Source: Octopus bimaculoides
Lineage: Eukaryota
NCBI RefSeq assembly: GCF_001194135.2
Contig: NC_068984.1
Location: 122,159,435-122,223,434 of the forward strand
Length of the DNA stretch: 64,000 bases
Direction: 5' to 3'
The translations under genes were made by a program, and so were the position numbers. Shown one piece after another: positions 49,888 to 63,430 of the stretch (the stretch's first letter is position 1; every line of letters begins with the position of its first letter). The notes beneath the pieces were generated by a model, which was given only the letters and a program-made list of their open reading frames with translations, did not search any database and was not told where the DNA came from.

Positions 49888-50763
49888 ACACACATATAAG
49901 TATCATCATTTAACCCATACATAGGTCAGATGAAATTAGTTGAAGCAGACTTTCTAAGGTTGGATGCCCTTCCTGTTGCCAACACTCAACTGTTTGCAAG
50001 CAACATTTTTTTGTTCTCATAGCTAGACATGTTTTCTACAGAAGACTGAAAAAAAAAAAAAACAACTTCACTATGACATGCTCCTTTACAACCATCATGT
50101 GATAACAAGACAAGGGTGCACACACAACCATACATATATAAATGACAGGCTTCTTTGGCTTAGATCTAGCAAATCCACTCTTTAGATTTTGAATGGCCTG
50201 TGGCTATAAAAGAAGGCATTTGCTTAAATGCTGCAAAATGGGACTGAACCCAAGACCTCATGGTTCGGAAGCAAGCTTCATAATCACAAAACTGTGCCTG
50301 CATCTACATACACAGTCATATATATGCAGACACACACACACATACTTGTGTAAGTATATTATATATATTTATACAGGGTTGGCCAAAAGTCACCTGACAG
50401 TAAATCAAAACCATTTAATTCCAAAATTTATTTATGTTTAACAAATGAATGAATTAAATAAAAGCATCTAAACATGGAAATTGCTCAAACTGAAGTCCTT
50501 AAGCGACACATTTTTCCATTCTAGTCAATACAGAATTACAGATAGTATTTAAGGAATTTTAATTTACTGTCGGGTGACTTTTGGCCAACTCTGTGTGTGT
50601 GTATTTGTAGTATACATGTCGTATGTCAAAAAGGAAAGTGAATAGAAAATGCAGGTAAATGGGTATGTGTATACCGCAAGGCACCTAGGGCAGGTATCTC
50701 CTAAACCATGGGCTGACCAAAACCTTGTGAGTGGATTTGGCAGACGGAAACTGAAAGAAGCCC

Positions 50764-50820
<57 letters not shown>

Positions 50821-51401
50821 TCTGCTGAGTGGTTGGTGTTAGAAAGGGCATCCAACTGTAAAAATTCTGCCAAAACAGTCACAAGTCTCGTGCAGGCTTC
50901 TGCCTGGCTGGTTCTTGTGAAACCGTCCCACCCATGCTAGCATGGAAGGCAGACATTAAACGACGCCGATGAATTTGATGTGTGTGTTTTTATCCTTGTG
51001 TCTGTTTGTCCCCCACCAATGCTTGACAGCTGGTGTTGGTGTGTTTACATCCCTGTAAATTAGTGGTTTGGTAAAAAAGACTGATAGAATAAGCATCAGG
51101 TTTAAACATTTTTTAAGGCCATGCCCCAGCATGGTCACAGTAACTGAAACAAAAGAACACTGTGTGTGTGTCTACATATATGTATATATATATAAAGGCT
51201 ATGAAGGGTATTGGAGTCAACCAAACCCTAAAGATACAGGTAATACCGAGTAAGTGCTGTATACCGACTAGTTTTGCCCCTGACGTTGTAGCAACATGAG
51301 TGGGGAATATAACATAGGTTGTGTATTAGCGTGTGTATGTATAAAGAAAGAAAAGGATAAAGAGACCAATGGCAAAGTTAGAATTTTATTTTATGTATAA
51401 A

Positions 51402-51450
51402 GTCTTACAGCTGTTTCAGGGAAAATCTAATATATCCCTTCATCGGAAAC
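51402..51450 (-). ncRNA. Hammerhead-like motif family 3 (core CCGAUGA)
   Basis: Minus strand: stem I GUUU/AGAC, CCGAUGA, stem II AGGGA/UCCCU, GAA, palindromic ACAGCUGU, cleavage GUA. Confidence 0.55.
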
Positions 51451-51509
51451 GGTAATAGTAGAAGAATGGATTATAGATGTAATAATCCATTCTTCTACTA
51501 TATATATAT

Positions 51510-51801
51510 GGTATTTTTTATATAAGCTTAAAGCTTATGGCAATCACCATGCAACGACCAAGGAGAATAGTCCAAATAAAGGGGCACATAAGCCCTCGAC
51601 AGAAAAAAAGAAGGCCCTTCCATCTGCGCGAGACTTGAACCCATATCCCTTTACTTAACAAAGGGATGTGGGTTCGACTCCTGCATGGATGGGAGGGCAT
51701 TCTATTTTCTGCCAAGGGCTTACGTGCCCCTTTATTTAGACTGTTATCCTTGGTTTGTACATGGTGATTGCCATAAGCTTTAAGCTTATATAAAAAGTAC
51801 C
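51510..51801. mobile_element. ~290-bp foldback element (imperfect palindrome, 7-nt loop)
   Basis: GGTATTTTTTATATAAGCTTAAAGCTTATGGCAATCACCATG ... CATGGTGATTGCCATAAGCTTTAAGCTTATATAAAAAGTACC; centre TCCCTTT-ACTTAAC-AAAGGGA. Confidence 0.85.
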
Positions 51802-51933
51802 AGTATTATTATTTACAGAATTGTAGAAATGGCACATAGAAAAGCATTGACACTGAAAGCAGACAGATATATAGCTATGTATAGATATTTGCGTATATAT
51901 GTATAGCTACATATGTATGTATATAGAGATACA

Positions 51934-52005
<72 letters not shown>

Positions 52006-52029
52006 TAAATATATACATATATATACATA

Positions 52030-52143
52030 TATATAGGTAGATATATACATATATATAGGTAGATATATACATATATATAGGTAGATATATACATATATAT
52101 AGGTAGATATATACATATATATAGGTAGATATATACATATATA
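52030..52143. repeat. 22-bp minisatellite AGGTAGATATATACATATATAT running into a gap
   Basis: About 5 near-identical units. Confidence 0.8.
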
Positions 52144-53064
52144 NNNNNNNNNNNNNNNNNNNNNNNNNNNNNNNNNNNNNNNNNNNNNNNNNNNNNNNNN
52201 NNNNNNNNNNNNNNNNNNNNNNNNNNNNNNNNNNNNNNNNNNNNNNNNNNNNNNNNNNNNNNNNNNNNNNNNNNNNNNNNNNNNNNNNNNNNNNNNNNNN
52301 NNNNNNNNNNNNNNNNNNNNNNNNNNNNNNNNNNNNNNNNNNNNNNNNNNNNNNNNNNNNNNNNNNNNNNNNNNNNNNNNNNNNNNNNNNNNNNNNNNNN
52401 NNNNNNNNNNNNNNNNNNNNNNNNNNNNNNNNNNNNNNNNNNNNNNNNNNNNNNNNNNNNNNNNNNNNNNNNNNNNNNNNNNNNNNNNNNNNNNNNNNNN
52501 NNNNNNNNNNNNNNNNNNNNNNNNNNNNNNNNNNNNNNNNNNNNNNNNNNNNNNNNNNNNNNNNNNNNNNNNNNNNNNNNNNNNNNNNNNNNNNNNNNNN
52601 NNNNNNNNNNNNNNNNNNNNNNNNNNNNNNNNNNNNNNNNNNNNNNNNNNNNNNNNNNNNNNNNNNNNNNNNNNNNNNNNNNNNNNNNNNNNNNNNNNNN
52701 NNNNNNNNNNNNNNNNNNNNNNNNNNNNNNNNNNNNNNNNNNNNNNNNNNNNNNNNNNNNNNNNNNNNNNNNNNNNNNNNNNNNNNNNNNNNNNNNNNNN
52801 NNNNNNNNNNNNNNNNNNNNNNNNNNNNNNNNNNNNNNNNNNNNNNNNNNNNNNNNNNNNNNNNNNNNNNNNNNNNNNNNNNNNNNNNNNNNNNNNNNNN
52901 NNNNNNNNNNNNNNNNNNNNNNNNNNNNNNNNNNNNNNNNNNNNNNNNNNNNNNNNNNNNNNNNNNNNNNNNNNNNNNNNNNNNNNNNNNNNNNNNNNNN
53001 NNNNNNNNNNNNNNNNNNNNNNNNNNNNNNNNNNNNNNNNNNNNNNNNNNNNNNNNNNNNNNAT

Positions 53065-53155
<91 letters not shown>

Positions 53156-53404
53156 CATACATACATACATATATATGTATACATATGTACATACATATAT
53201 ATGTATACATATGTACATACATATATATGTATACATATGTACACACATATATATAGATACATATATATCTATACATATATATATAGATATATACATATAT
53301 ATATCTATATAGATATATATGCATATATCTATCTATATATATATNNNNNNNNNNTATATAGATATATACATATATATATCTATATAGATATATATGCATA
53401 TATA

Positions 53405-53865
53405 TACACAGTGGAATTTGAAGCTACACTACGGAAATCATCTCGATGCTACATGTCAGCTACTGGGAAAGACTTAAAGAATTAAAACTCTTCTCCCAGG
53501 AACGAAGGCAGGAGAGATATGCAGTGATATACACTGGAAAATCCTAGAAGGCCTTGTACCAAACTTTGGCATTGAAAGTTATTCATACTGCAGAATGGGA
53601 CGCCACTCCATAGCACCAAAGATCCCAGCATCAAAATACAGGACCAGATACTGCAACAGCTTGGGCTTCAAGGGCCCACAGCTCTTTAATATCCTTCCAA
53701 AATGCCTGAGCGACCTGCAAGGTGTGGATGTAAAATGTTTTTAAGACAAAACTGGCTCTCTTCCTGTTATGGGTTCCAGACAAGCATACCTCACGGCAGG
53801 AACACAGATGAGGGCAGCAGCATCAAACTCCCTCGTTGACCAAATGCCACTTATTAGAGGAGGTT
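53405..53865 (+). mobile_element. CR1 LINE 3' fragment
   Basis: SYWERLKELKLFSQERRQERYAVIY / KILEGLVPNFGIES / SLGFKGPQLFNILPK. Confidence 0.75.
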
Positions 53866-53919
53866 CGTGGAAGAAGGTTTATGTTCCTATAACCTGTGTT
53901 AATTCTGTAACCCTTTAAA

Positions 53920-54720
53920 ATGGAAGATAAGAAAGTTCATTTTCAGCACTTGATGCTTTTCTTTTTCTGTAAAGCAACCAAAGAAATATGCACAGTTTAC
54001 AGTGATGTTTCTTTTTCCGAAAGAACTGTATGGAAGTGGTTCACAAGGATCTGGATCAGGCAGACCATCTACTACAGATGATGACCAAATCAAGTCATTA
54101 ATTGAGAATAACCCACATTGCACAACCCGAGAATTGGCAGAAAGCCTCAACCTATCAAAATCCATTGTTCATGAACACCTGGTAAAGCTTGGGTACACAA
54201 ATCGCTATGATGTTTGGGTACCATATGAGTTGAGTGAGAAGAACCTTTTGGATTGTATTTCCATCTGTGATTTGCTTTATAAACGGAATGAAAACGCGCC
54301 TTTTTTAAAGCAAATTGTGACAGGTGATGAGAAGTGGATTATCTACCGAAACATTCAGAGAAAGCAATCCTGGTGTAAGCGACATGAGCCACCCTTAGCC
54401 ACCCCAAAAGCAGGTCTTCACTCTAAAAAAAGTCTTGGGATTGGAAAGGAATTCTGTACTATGTAGCTTCTCCCAAGTAACCAGACAATTCTTAGAAATA
54501 CTGCACACAACTGGATGAGTTAAAAGCAGCAATTTCAGAGATACGTCCAGAATTGGCCAACAGGAAGGGTGTTGTTTTCCAACACGATAATGCAAGACCG
54601 CACGTTTCTTTGGGAACCAGACAAAAATTGCTGCAGCTCGGCTGGGATGTGTTACCCCACCCTCCAAATTCACCATATATTGCTCCTTCGGATTCCCACT
54701 TATTCAGGTCTCTACAGAAT
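53920..54720 (+). mobile_element. Mariner transposase pseudogene
   Basis: SGRPST...TTRELAE...WVPYELSEKN...IVTGDEKWIIY...FQHDNARPH...HPPNSPYIAPSDSHLFRSLQN. Confidence 0.9.
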
Positions 54721-55559
54721 ATATATATATATGGTTGGAGTCACTTGTATTCTTTGTGCATCTTGATGTGGGCATGTCATAAACCCATGAAGCTGAGTCA
54801 AACAGTTCATCATCTCCTTTGTCGTCATCATTTAATGTCCATTTTCTATGCTGGCATGGAGTTGGACGTTTTGACAAGAACATGCAAGTCAACATACTAC
54901 AGCCTGTTTTGGCATTGTTTCTATGGCTGGATGCCAACCACTTTGCTGAGTGTACTGGATGCTTTTTATGTGGCACCAATTGCGGTGAGGTCACCAAGCA
55001 ACTTGCAGGACTAGACTGTTCAGTTGGTGGGTGGTGGGGTAGTATTGAAAGATAGAATGATGTTGTGCATTAGAAGAGAGATATGCCTACCTCAGATGGA
55101 GAAGAGAAGGATGAAGATGTAACAGGGAGGGGGCAGGGGCCATACATCCAAGTTACAGGGTGGTATATATAGTGGAGTGAACTAGGGAGGTGGGCATGTG
55201 AGGGAGAATGGTGAGGTGTGGGGGTGAAGAACATTAGTGGTGAGCATGGGTGGGTTGTAGGAGAGGGAATGGGTTATGAACATGGATTTTACTTTGCTAG
55301 ATGGGGGTCTTCTGAAGCACAGCATATCAGTTGTCTCAGTCTGTCGTTATCTCTGTGTAGATCAACATCTGAAGATCATTTCTCGCCACTTCATTCCACA
55401 CTTTCTTTGATCTTCTTCTTCCACAGGTTCCCTTCTCATTTAGAGATCAGCACTTCTTTATGCAGCTGTCCTCTTCTATATACATCACATGACCATATCA
55501 GTGCAATCTTTTCTCTTGTGCACTATAACTGATGTCTCTTACAATTTCTCTCTCAAAAC

Positions 55560-56460
55560 AACTACAATTTGTCATACATGCACACTAACATTGCACATCC
55601 AGCAGAGCATGTTGGCTTCATTTCTTTCAAGCTTTTGCATGTCCTCTGCAACCACAGCCCATGTTTCACTGCCCAGTAGCATATCTGTCTGTACACAGGC
55701 ATCATATTGTCTGCCTTTCACTCTAACAGGTCCTTTGTGACCAACAAAGGTAATAGCTCTCTGAATTTTTTCCAGCTGGTTCTTATTCCAGCAACTTTAC
55801 TTTCAGAGTAATCTCCACTGCTGCTAATTCAATCACTGAGGTAACAAAAACTATCTACTACCTCCAAGGATATTTCTGTACATCCTTTCTGTTCATTGTA
55901 CACACACAAAAACTACTTTCTCTGTTAACCTTCCTGTGATACCATTGCTGCTGTTATGTATCCATATCTTGCACTGGGTACATTAAATAAAATTTATACT
56001 TACACCTTTTCTACATATTGAGCAGAGCCATTTCTCTGAAGGGATTAATAATTTGTCTGAATTCCATACCTGAAATTTCTTCTCTAACTCTAGTAAGAGA
56101 TTCAGCTATAAGAACAAGGTCATCAGCATAGAGGAGCTCCCAAGGGCAAACAGTCTTAAATTCTTCAGTTATGGCCTGGAGGATCATGATAACAAGAGGG
56201 ACTGAGAACTGATCCTTGGTGAACTTCCTGCACACTAAATTCATTGCTAACTCACACCTTACTGACTGGCTTGCACAGCTCTCATCAATCACTCATTTAC
56301 TCCTAGCTTCCACATCAACTACCAGATGAGTGAATGAAGGACTCAGCCAAAGGCTTTTCTATGTCAACAAATGCCAAGTACAGAAGTTCTTTTTTTGGTA
56401 AGTGCTTCTCCTGCAGTTGCCTTACTACTAAGATAACATCTGTATTGGCACCTTGGTAGA
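55560..56460 (-). mobile_element. RTE LINE reverse transcriptase fragment
   Basis: CPWELLYADDLVLIAES, LAFVDIEKAF, WKKFRELLPLL, MLCWMCNVSVH. Confidence 0.85.
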
Positions 56461-56764
56461 ATGCCTTCTACTACAGCCCCAGGTTGACCAAGGTCTTGTG
56501 AATTGGTTCAATAAGCAGAAACTGAAAGAAGTCTCTCATATGCACGTGTGTTTGTGTCTCTTTGTCTTGATATTATACATCAGTTGTATATGAATGTCAC
56601 CACCAACCAGTGTAATTAGTTTCTAGCCTTCCAGGAAAATGTTTGGCCATGGGGAAATATTATCTCTTTTTGGAAATAGATGATTATCTGGCCATAGAAA
56701 ATCTGACTCAAAAATTTTATTAGACCCATGCAAGCATGGAAAAATAGCCATTAAAACAGTTATG

Positions 56765-56811
<47 letters not shown>

Positions 56812-56820
56812 TATATATAT

Positions 56821-56872
<52 letters not shown>

Positions 56873-58228
56873 ACACACATACTTTTGTGCTAAAATGCAC
56901 ATTACAAAACTAGTTAGGGCTGTGTGCTGGCCATTTCAAACTTCCATATACTTATAATGTACACTTTAGTAAAAGTGCCTCAAATAGGGACCCTGTTATG
57001 TGTGCGTGTGCGCGCACACAGGAATGGCTGTGAGGTTGAAATGTTTGCTTCCCTATAAAATTGCTTCAGGTTCAGACTGGCTGCTTTTTATCTTAGGCAA
57101 GTGTTTTTTTTTATTGTAGCTTGGGCAGATCAAAGCCTTGTTGGATTTGATTGATGGAAACTGAAAGAAGTCTGCTGTGTTACCATCATACAAGCAGATT
57201 CTCTCATTTTCAGTTTTCCATGAAACATCTAACCATGGAAAAATCTTGCTTGGTATCAGGTGACAGGAACAGCATCTGTGTTTAGAAAATTTGTGTCAAC
57301 AAATTCCATCTGACCCATACAGGCATGGAAGAGTGAACATTAATACAATGATGATATATAACTATAGCTTTGGGTATTGGTTAGCCTGGGGCTATAGTAC
57401 AAGACATGCCCAAGGTGCCACACAGCTACACCTGAGCTTGTATATATAATTGTTTAATATGTGTATATAGTGGATGTCAACATTTGAACAAATAAAACCA
57501 CTTCTTAGACCCATTTCACTCTATGAAACATCTTAAGTTTAGTCTCCTTGTTGGCATCTCTTATGGCTCCTAAGACCTGCAAGGAACTTACAAATCATTC
57601 CACAGCAACCACAAGTCAACCAGCAGCAGCCTGACCATTTGGATGCTGGGACCTACAATGCCAAGTGAGTCTACTGACCAACTGACCACCCCTCACACTC
57701 TGCTACACTATGTACATGAGAGATCGTGCTGGATATTACATTGGTAGATGGGGACACATCCATGACCACGCTTGTGGCTGAGTTGGCCTGCCTTTGAACA
57801 GACATGATCACACTGGTCACACAAGAGACTCTTTTGTGTCCCTCCCAGGAAGAGGGTTCACATCCTCCATATATTTACCAGCAACTCCGTGTATGCAACC
57901 CTCTTGTTCTTGAATTCTTTGATACTGGTAGCAATCAAATTCTTCCACAGATCTTCTCAGTTGTTAATATCAATTTACACACACACACACATAGGTTTTC
58001 TGACTTAGCTGTGTGGAACTTTGGACAAATGTAGGTGTAGCTGTGTGGTTAAGAAGCTTGCTTCCCAACCATGTGATCTTAGGTTCAGTCCCATTGCACA
58101 GCACATTGGGCAAGTGTCTTAAACTATAGCATTGGGGTGTCAACCAAAACCTTGTGAGTGAATTTGTTAGATGGAAGTTAGAAGAAACCTGTTGTGTTCC
58201 CTTGTCTTGATGTCATGTGATGGTTGTA

Positions 58229-58992
58229 TCAGGTCATCCCATAAGTAATGTCGTTTTCCTGACCATTCTTGTTGAAACATGCTCTAACACATTTAAACAA
58301 GACTTTTTCACAGGTACTTAAATACCACAGAGCAAGGAAAGCTTTATTTAGATAGATTCTGGCTTGCAGACACACAAATAATTTGTTGCTTTAATAGCCC
58401 TTCATGAAAATAGAGGTCACAGAAGAGCACATTAAACACATCATGTTTTGCAAATATAAAAAAGGCAACATTGCAACAAATGCTATAAAAAATGTGCAAG
58501 AAGTGTATGGTGAAGGTGTTTTGAATATTTGCAAGTGCCAACAATGGTTACATAAATTTCGACAAGGGGACTTTAGCTTGGAAGATGTCTGCTGCTCTGG
58601 ACACCCTATCTCTTTTGATAATGATGTAATGAAAGCTGCTACTGGAAGAATTCCATCTGCAACTGTTGAAGAGTTAGCAGAAGAGGTTAATTCATTGTCA
58701 TCAACTGTCCATCACCATTTGCAACAACTTGGAATCATGTCTAGGCCTGACAAGTGGGTTCCACATGAACTGAGTGAAAACAATTAAAGAGAATGTGTCA
58801 ATATCTACACTGCTTGTTATTCACATAAGAAAAAAAAAATCTCCATTTTTGAACTGCCTAGTGACCGGTGATGAAAAGTGGATACTCTATAAAAATGGTA
58901 AATGCCTATGTCAATGGATTCAATCAGGAAAACAAGCAAGATCCCATCCAAATCAAGATCTTCATCGTCGGAAAGTTTTGAGCATTTGGTAG
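58229..58992 (+). mobile_element. Mariner transposase 5' fragment with TIR
   Basis: TA+TCAGGTCATCCCATAAG; EVTEEHIKHIMF..YKKG...WVPHELSENN; LVTGDEKWILY. Confidence 0.85.
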
Positions 58993-59817
58993 GACATGTC
59001 TTACAGGCAGTGTTGCTGGTTTCCAGTCTTTGATGCAAAACATGTCTGCTCATGTGGAGCTACTATTTTACCAGGAAACCAGTCAGAATTGGTGACAGGA
59101 AAAGCATCTGGCCGAGAAAACCTGCTTCAACAAATTCTGTCTGACCCATGCAAACCTGGAAATGTGGATATTAAATGATGATATATGTATCTATGCACAC
59201 CTGTGTGTGTGTGTACAATCATTTAAATGTTCACATTTCCATGCTTACATTAGTTAGAGAAGAGGTTCATATGGCCAGATGTCCTTTCTGTCACCAAGCC
59301 CCTGTTTCCTTGTCAGGTAAAAACCTCCCAGTCTCTCTATCGAACACCAAAGCTCAGACATGTTTACATGGAGAACTAAAAACGAACAACCCTTTTCCTT
59401 ACAAAGAATGCACATGTCAAGAAACCAGAACATACTTTCATAGTGGACTGCAAGCAAATGACACCTTTAGTGAAGTTACTATTTACAAACAAGCAAGTGA
59501 AACTTTTGGCCAAGCGAAAGATACAAATACACTCGGGCAGACATAGGCATGCATATATTGGTATTAGGAAGGGCATCCAACTGTAGAAACCATACTAAAG
59601 TAGACAGCAAAGCCTGGTATTGTTCTGTAGCTTGTCAGCTCCCTTTGAACTGGATGTTAAATGATACACGCATAATAGGTTTTCTTCTACAAAATCCACT
59701 CACAAGCCTTTAGAAGAAAACACTTGCCTAGTGTACCATGCAGTGGACTGAAACAGAACCATGTGATTGGGAAGAAATCTTCTTAACTACACAACCTTGA
59801 CTGTGCCAATTTATATT

Positions 59818-60469
59818 AGTGGTCTGATCAATAAGACTGTTGCCATAGTAACGAAGTTAAAGCATGCAGCGTGATCTCAACACAATCAAGATCTTGTGCA
59901 ATTGAAACCCAAGTGTCTTTTGGTCAGCTGAAAGCAGTTTTGGCACAAACTTGGCAGACACTTGTCTCATACCCAAATCTTCAATGATAATGGATTGAAC
60001 TGAACCGTAACTAATCTGTATATCCTCTGATAAGTCATGGATGGCGACTTGACGATTTCCCCTCACAGCTGCATGCACATCTGTGATGCTTTTCTTAGTT
60101 CTCCTGGTTGCCGATCTCCCAGAACGTTTGTCACTATTGACATTTTTTCGGTCATCTTGGAAACATCTGAACCACTTGTACACGTTTGTGCAGCTCATAC
60201 ACTCCTCTCCGTACACTTTCTGCAACTTTGCATAGGCCTCTGAGCAGGTATCACCATGACAACTTTCTCTGTCATGGTCAATGCATTGATCACGTGCTAC
60301 ACACGTTCCTTCCGAGCACTGCTGTAAACAGCATAAGTGAGCTAGAACATTAACACTTAGTGCGCATGCACAGCTAAGTTCAAGGTCAATCTGTGCCTAG
60401 CAGCTTCACTCTGCATGCTTTAGCTTTGTTATTATGGCAACAGTCTAGATACTTATTGATCAGACCCTG
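59818..60469 (-). mobile_element. Internally deleted mariner-like element with both TIRs (~55 bp)
   Basis: GGTCTGATCAATAAG..ACTGTTGCCATAGTAAC and its complement at 60413-60469 followed by TA; HTH ORF QKVYGEECMS..VYKWF...RSGR...AKFVPKLL. Confidence 0.85.
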
Positions 60470-61074
60470 TAATCAACGAATGTTTGTTTTCCATTCTGGT
60501 ATGGGTTGGATCATTTGACAGCTGGTGAACCAGGGGATTGCACCAAGCTCCAGTTCCTACTTTGACATAGCTTCTTTGGTTCGATGTCCTTCCTAACACC
60601 AACCACTTCACAGAGAGGACGAGATGTTTTTTATGTGGCCCTGGCACAAATGAGTAACCAAGTAACTTGTAAGACAAGATTGCTTAACTGAGTGGGAAAT
60701 GGTATTAAAGGAGGTGGCTTTATACCGGATAATGAGGTTAAGGTATAATAGAGGGACAAGACTAGGTGTCTTGCTGTTGGGGAGATACATGGTTACTCCA
60801 GTTGGAAAAGAGATGGTGAAGGTGTATTAGGACTTACTCTCAAGTTGCAGGAAGGTGAATATAAATGGTATGGGTAGGGGATAGAGGGAAATGCAATGAG
60901 TGGTAAACATGGGTGGAGGTGTGGTCAGTCTTGAATATCTTTGGTATATCCAGTTTGTTTTAACCATGTATATTGATGGGTTTATATGCAGTGTGCTTGT
61001 GCATAGTTAAGGAATGTGTACAGTTGCTGACAGAACTTCAGAGTTGAAATGCGCAGTACATAAGGCTCTTCCTT

Positions 61075-61615
61075 CTTTTTAATGAGGCTAGTATGCTCCG
61101 CTGGATGTGTAATGTAAGTGTACATGTTTGACAGTGCTTGTGCTTTGAGAGAGAAGTTAGACACAAGAGGAATTAGTTGCTGTGTGCAAGAGCGGAGACT
61201 GCTCTGGTTTGGTCATTTGATGTGGATGGATGCCGACAGCTCCATAAAGAAGTGCCAGTTTCTCAAAGTAGATGGAATACATGGAAGTAGGAGACCCAGG
61301 AAGACATGACATGAAGTGCTGAACCTTTCAAGTGAGATGACAAAGGACCGAGATGCCTGGCACTTTGTTGTACTCTGTAGCCGAAGTGTTAAGACTGGTC
61401 CCCCTGGTGGTGAGGATTGATCTGCAAGAGTCCTGTGCCAGTGTCACATAAAAGCACCCAGCACACTCTGTAAAGTGGTTAGCGTTAGGAAGAGCATCCA
61501 GCCATAGAGACCATGCCAAATCAGACTGGAGTCCAGCAGAACTTGCCAGCTTCGGTCAAACTATCCAACCCATGCCAGCATGGATAACGGATGTTAAATA
61601 ATGATGATAATGATA
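61075..61615 (+). mobile_element. RTE LINE 3' fragment with 3'UTR tail
   Basis: NEASMLRWMCNVSVH, VQERRLLWFGHLMWMD...RPRKT; tail ends GGATGTTAAATAATGATGATAATG. Confidence 0.8.
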
Positions 61616-63161
61616 CATATTGTGGACTTAATGTTTACATTCATCATATCAGTGTGTTGGCTAAAAATCTGTTGCTATATCTATAAACAGTATATTGTAT
61701 GTGTGTATGTAATAATATTATAGTATGTAATTAGATATATATATAAAGTGTATAAATATTGTTTTAACATCTACCTTTCCATGCTTGTATGGGTTAGACA
61801 GACTTCACTGAGGGAGATTTTCTACATCAGGATGTCCTATCTGTCACTGACCCTCACCTGTTTCCAAGTTAGGTAGTATTTCTCCTTGGCCATACGTTCT
61901 TCACAGAGGTCTGGAAATGAACAACATTGCTTGTATGATGGTGATGCTTCTTTACAACCATCATATAATGTCAAGACAAGGATACACATAAACATACACA
62001 TATATGTATATACAAACACACACACACAGCAGGCTTCTTTCAGTTACCATCTATCAAATCCATTCAAGTTTTTGGTCTGCCCAGGCTTTAGTAGGTAACA
62101 CTTGCCCAAGTGCTATGTTGTGGGACTGAACCTGAAACCACATGAAAAAAACAGTCATACTCAGATAAGAAACTATGCAATATGCAAAGCCGAGAAATTT
62201 TAAACAAATAATCTGAAGACTTTTTCCATGCACAGGATTTCTAAGGTGTAGAATATTTTAAACTTAACAACTGCCCTAACACCTAATGGATACGTGAACT
62301 GGCTCTTTATAATCAGTCTTAATTTATTATGTTCTTTTTATTAGGCACAAGTTTTGATTTATTATATTAGTTTTCATCTTACAATTTCTGTCCCCTCATA
62401 TATTCAAATTTTTCCCAGTTACTGTACTTTTCCCCCTAAAACCTATAAAAGGTCAAACACAAATTAGTTTTCATTCTGTTTCAGATATTTGGATTTCATA
62501 ATTTAGTAACAAATAGTCTTTTTTAGTGTGTTGATATTGTTGCACCTATCAGTATATTATATACATCCCTTCATTCTTCTCATATTTATTAAAAAACAGA
62601 TATATGTCATACCACAGTCACTAATAACAATATTTTCTTCCTCTTCACCTAGAGGCCAACCAATTTAGTTGCATTCCTATAACTACTACTTCATTTGCTC
62701 CCCCAGTACATTGTTTACACTCTTAATTAATTCAAATTTTACTGACTTCTCAATGCACAGATAATGTCTGCAATTAACCACCAGCCTATCCCATCCAAGC
62801 CATAACTTTCAAGCACATGTACCTAAAACTTCTCTTGCTTTCAAATGAATTTTAAAGACAAGGAAACCCATAATTTTAATAAACATTTTTCTGTGTATGT
62901 GGTGGGATAATTAAAGTCAACTAGTTTGGACACTATGACAACAATATTAATATCTGCTTATGCTCCACACTGTGTTGGCAGATGAACAGAACAACAGATT
63001 CTATGAGATTGTCATGTACCTTCATGATGAATGGCAATGACCTTATTGTCAAAGCTTGAGACTTTGACAGATACATTGAGTTGCCACATGATGGATTCTT
63101 TAGTGTGCATGGAGGCTTTGGCTTTGTTTTGAGGAACAAGGTGGGAACAAGTTTCTTGAAT

Positions 63162-63430
63162 ACAGTTCTATATTTAAGAAATGAGGAATTATGTACATTA
63201 TTTACATTTGACGGATACTTGTCTTCATCTTGTTTGTTAACACATTTCGGCTGATATACCCTCCAGCCTTCATCAGGTGTCTTGGGGGAAATTTTCGAAC
63301 CTGGGTTCTCATTCCTAAGGTATTTTTCGATGTTATTATTATTATTATTCAGGTCGCTGCCTGGAATTGAACTCGGAATCTTGGGGTTAGTAGCCTACAC
63401 TCTTAACCACTACACCATATGCCTGTGGGC
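63162..63430 (-). mobile_element. Same element, solo copy 3 without adjacent PLE ORF
   Basis: Reverse complement reads GCCCACAGGCATATGGTGTAGTGGTTAAG...GAGTTCAATTCC...(AAT)n...GACACCTGATGAAGGCTGGAGGGTATATCAGCCGAAATGTGTT... Confidence 0.8.
63239..63281 (-). ncRNA. Hammerhead family 1, probably inactive (3-nt deletion removes stem III CGU)
   Basis: GACAC CUGAUGA A GGCUG..CAGCC GAAA U GUGUU. Confidence 0.6.
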
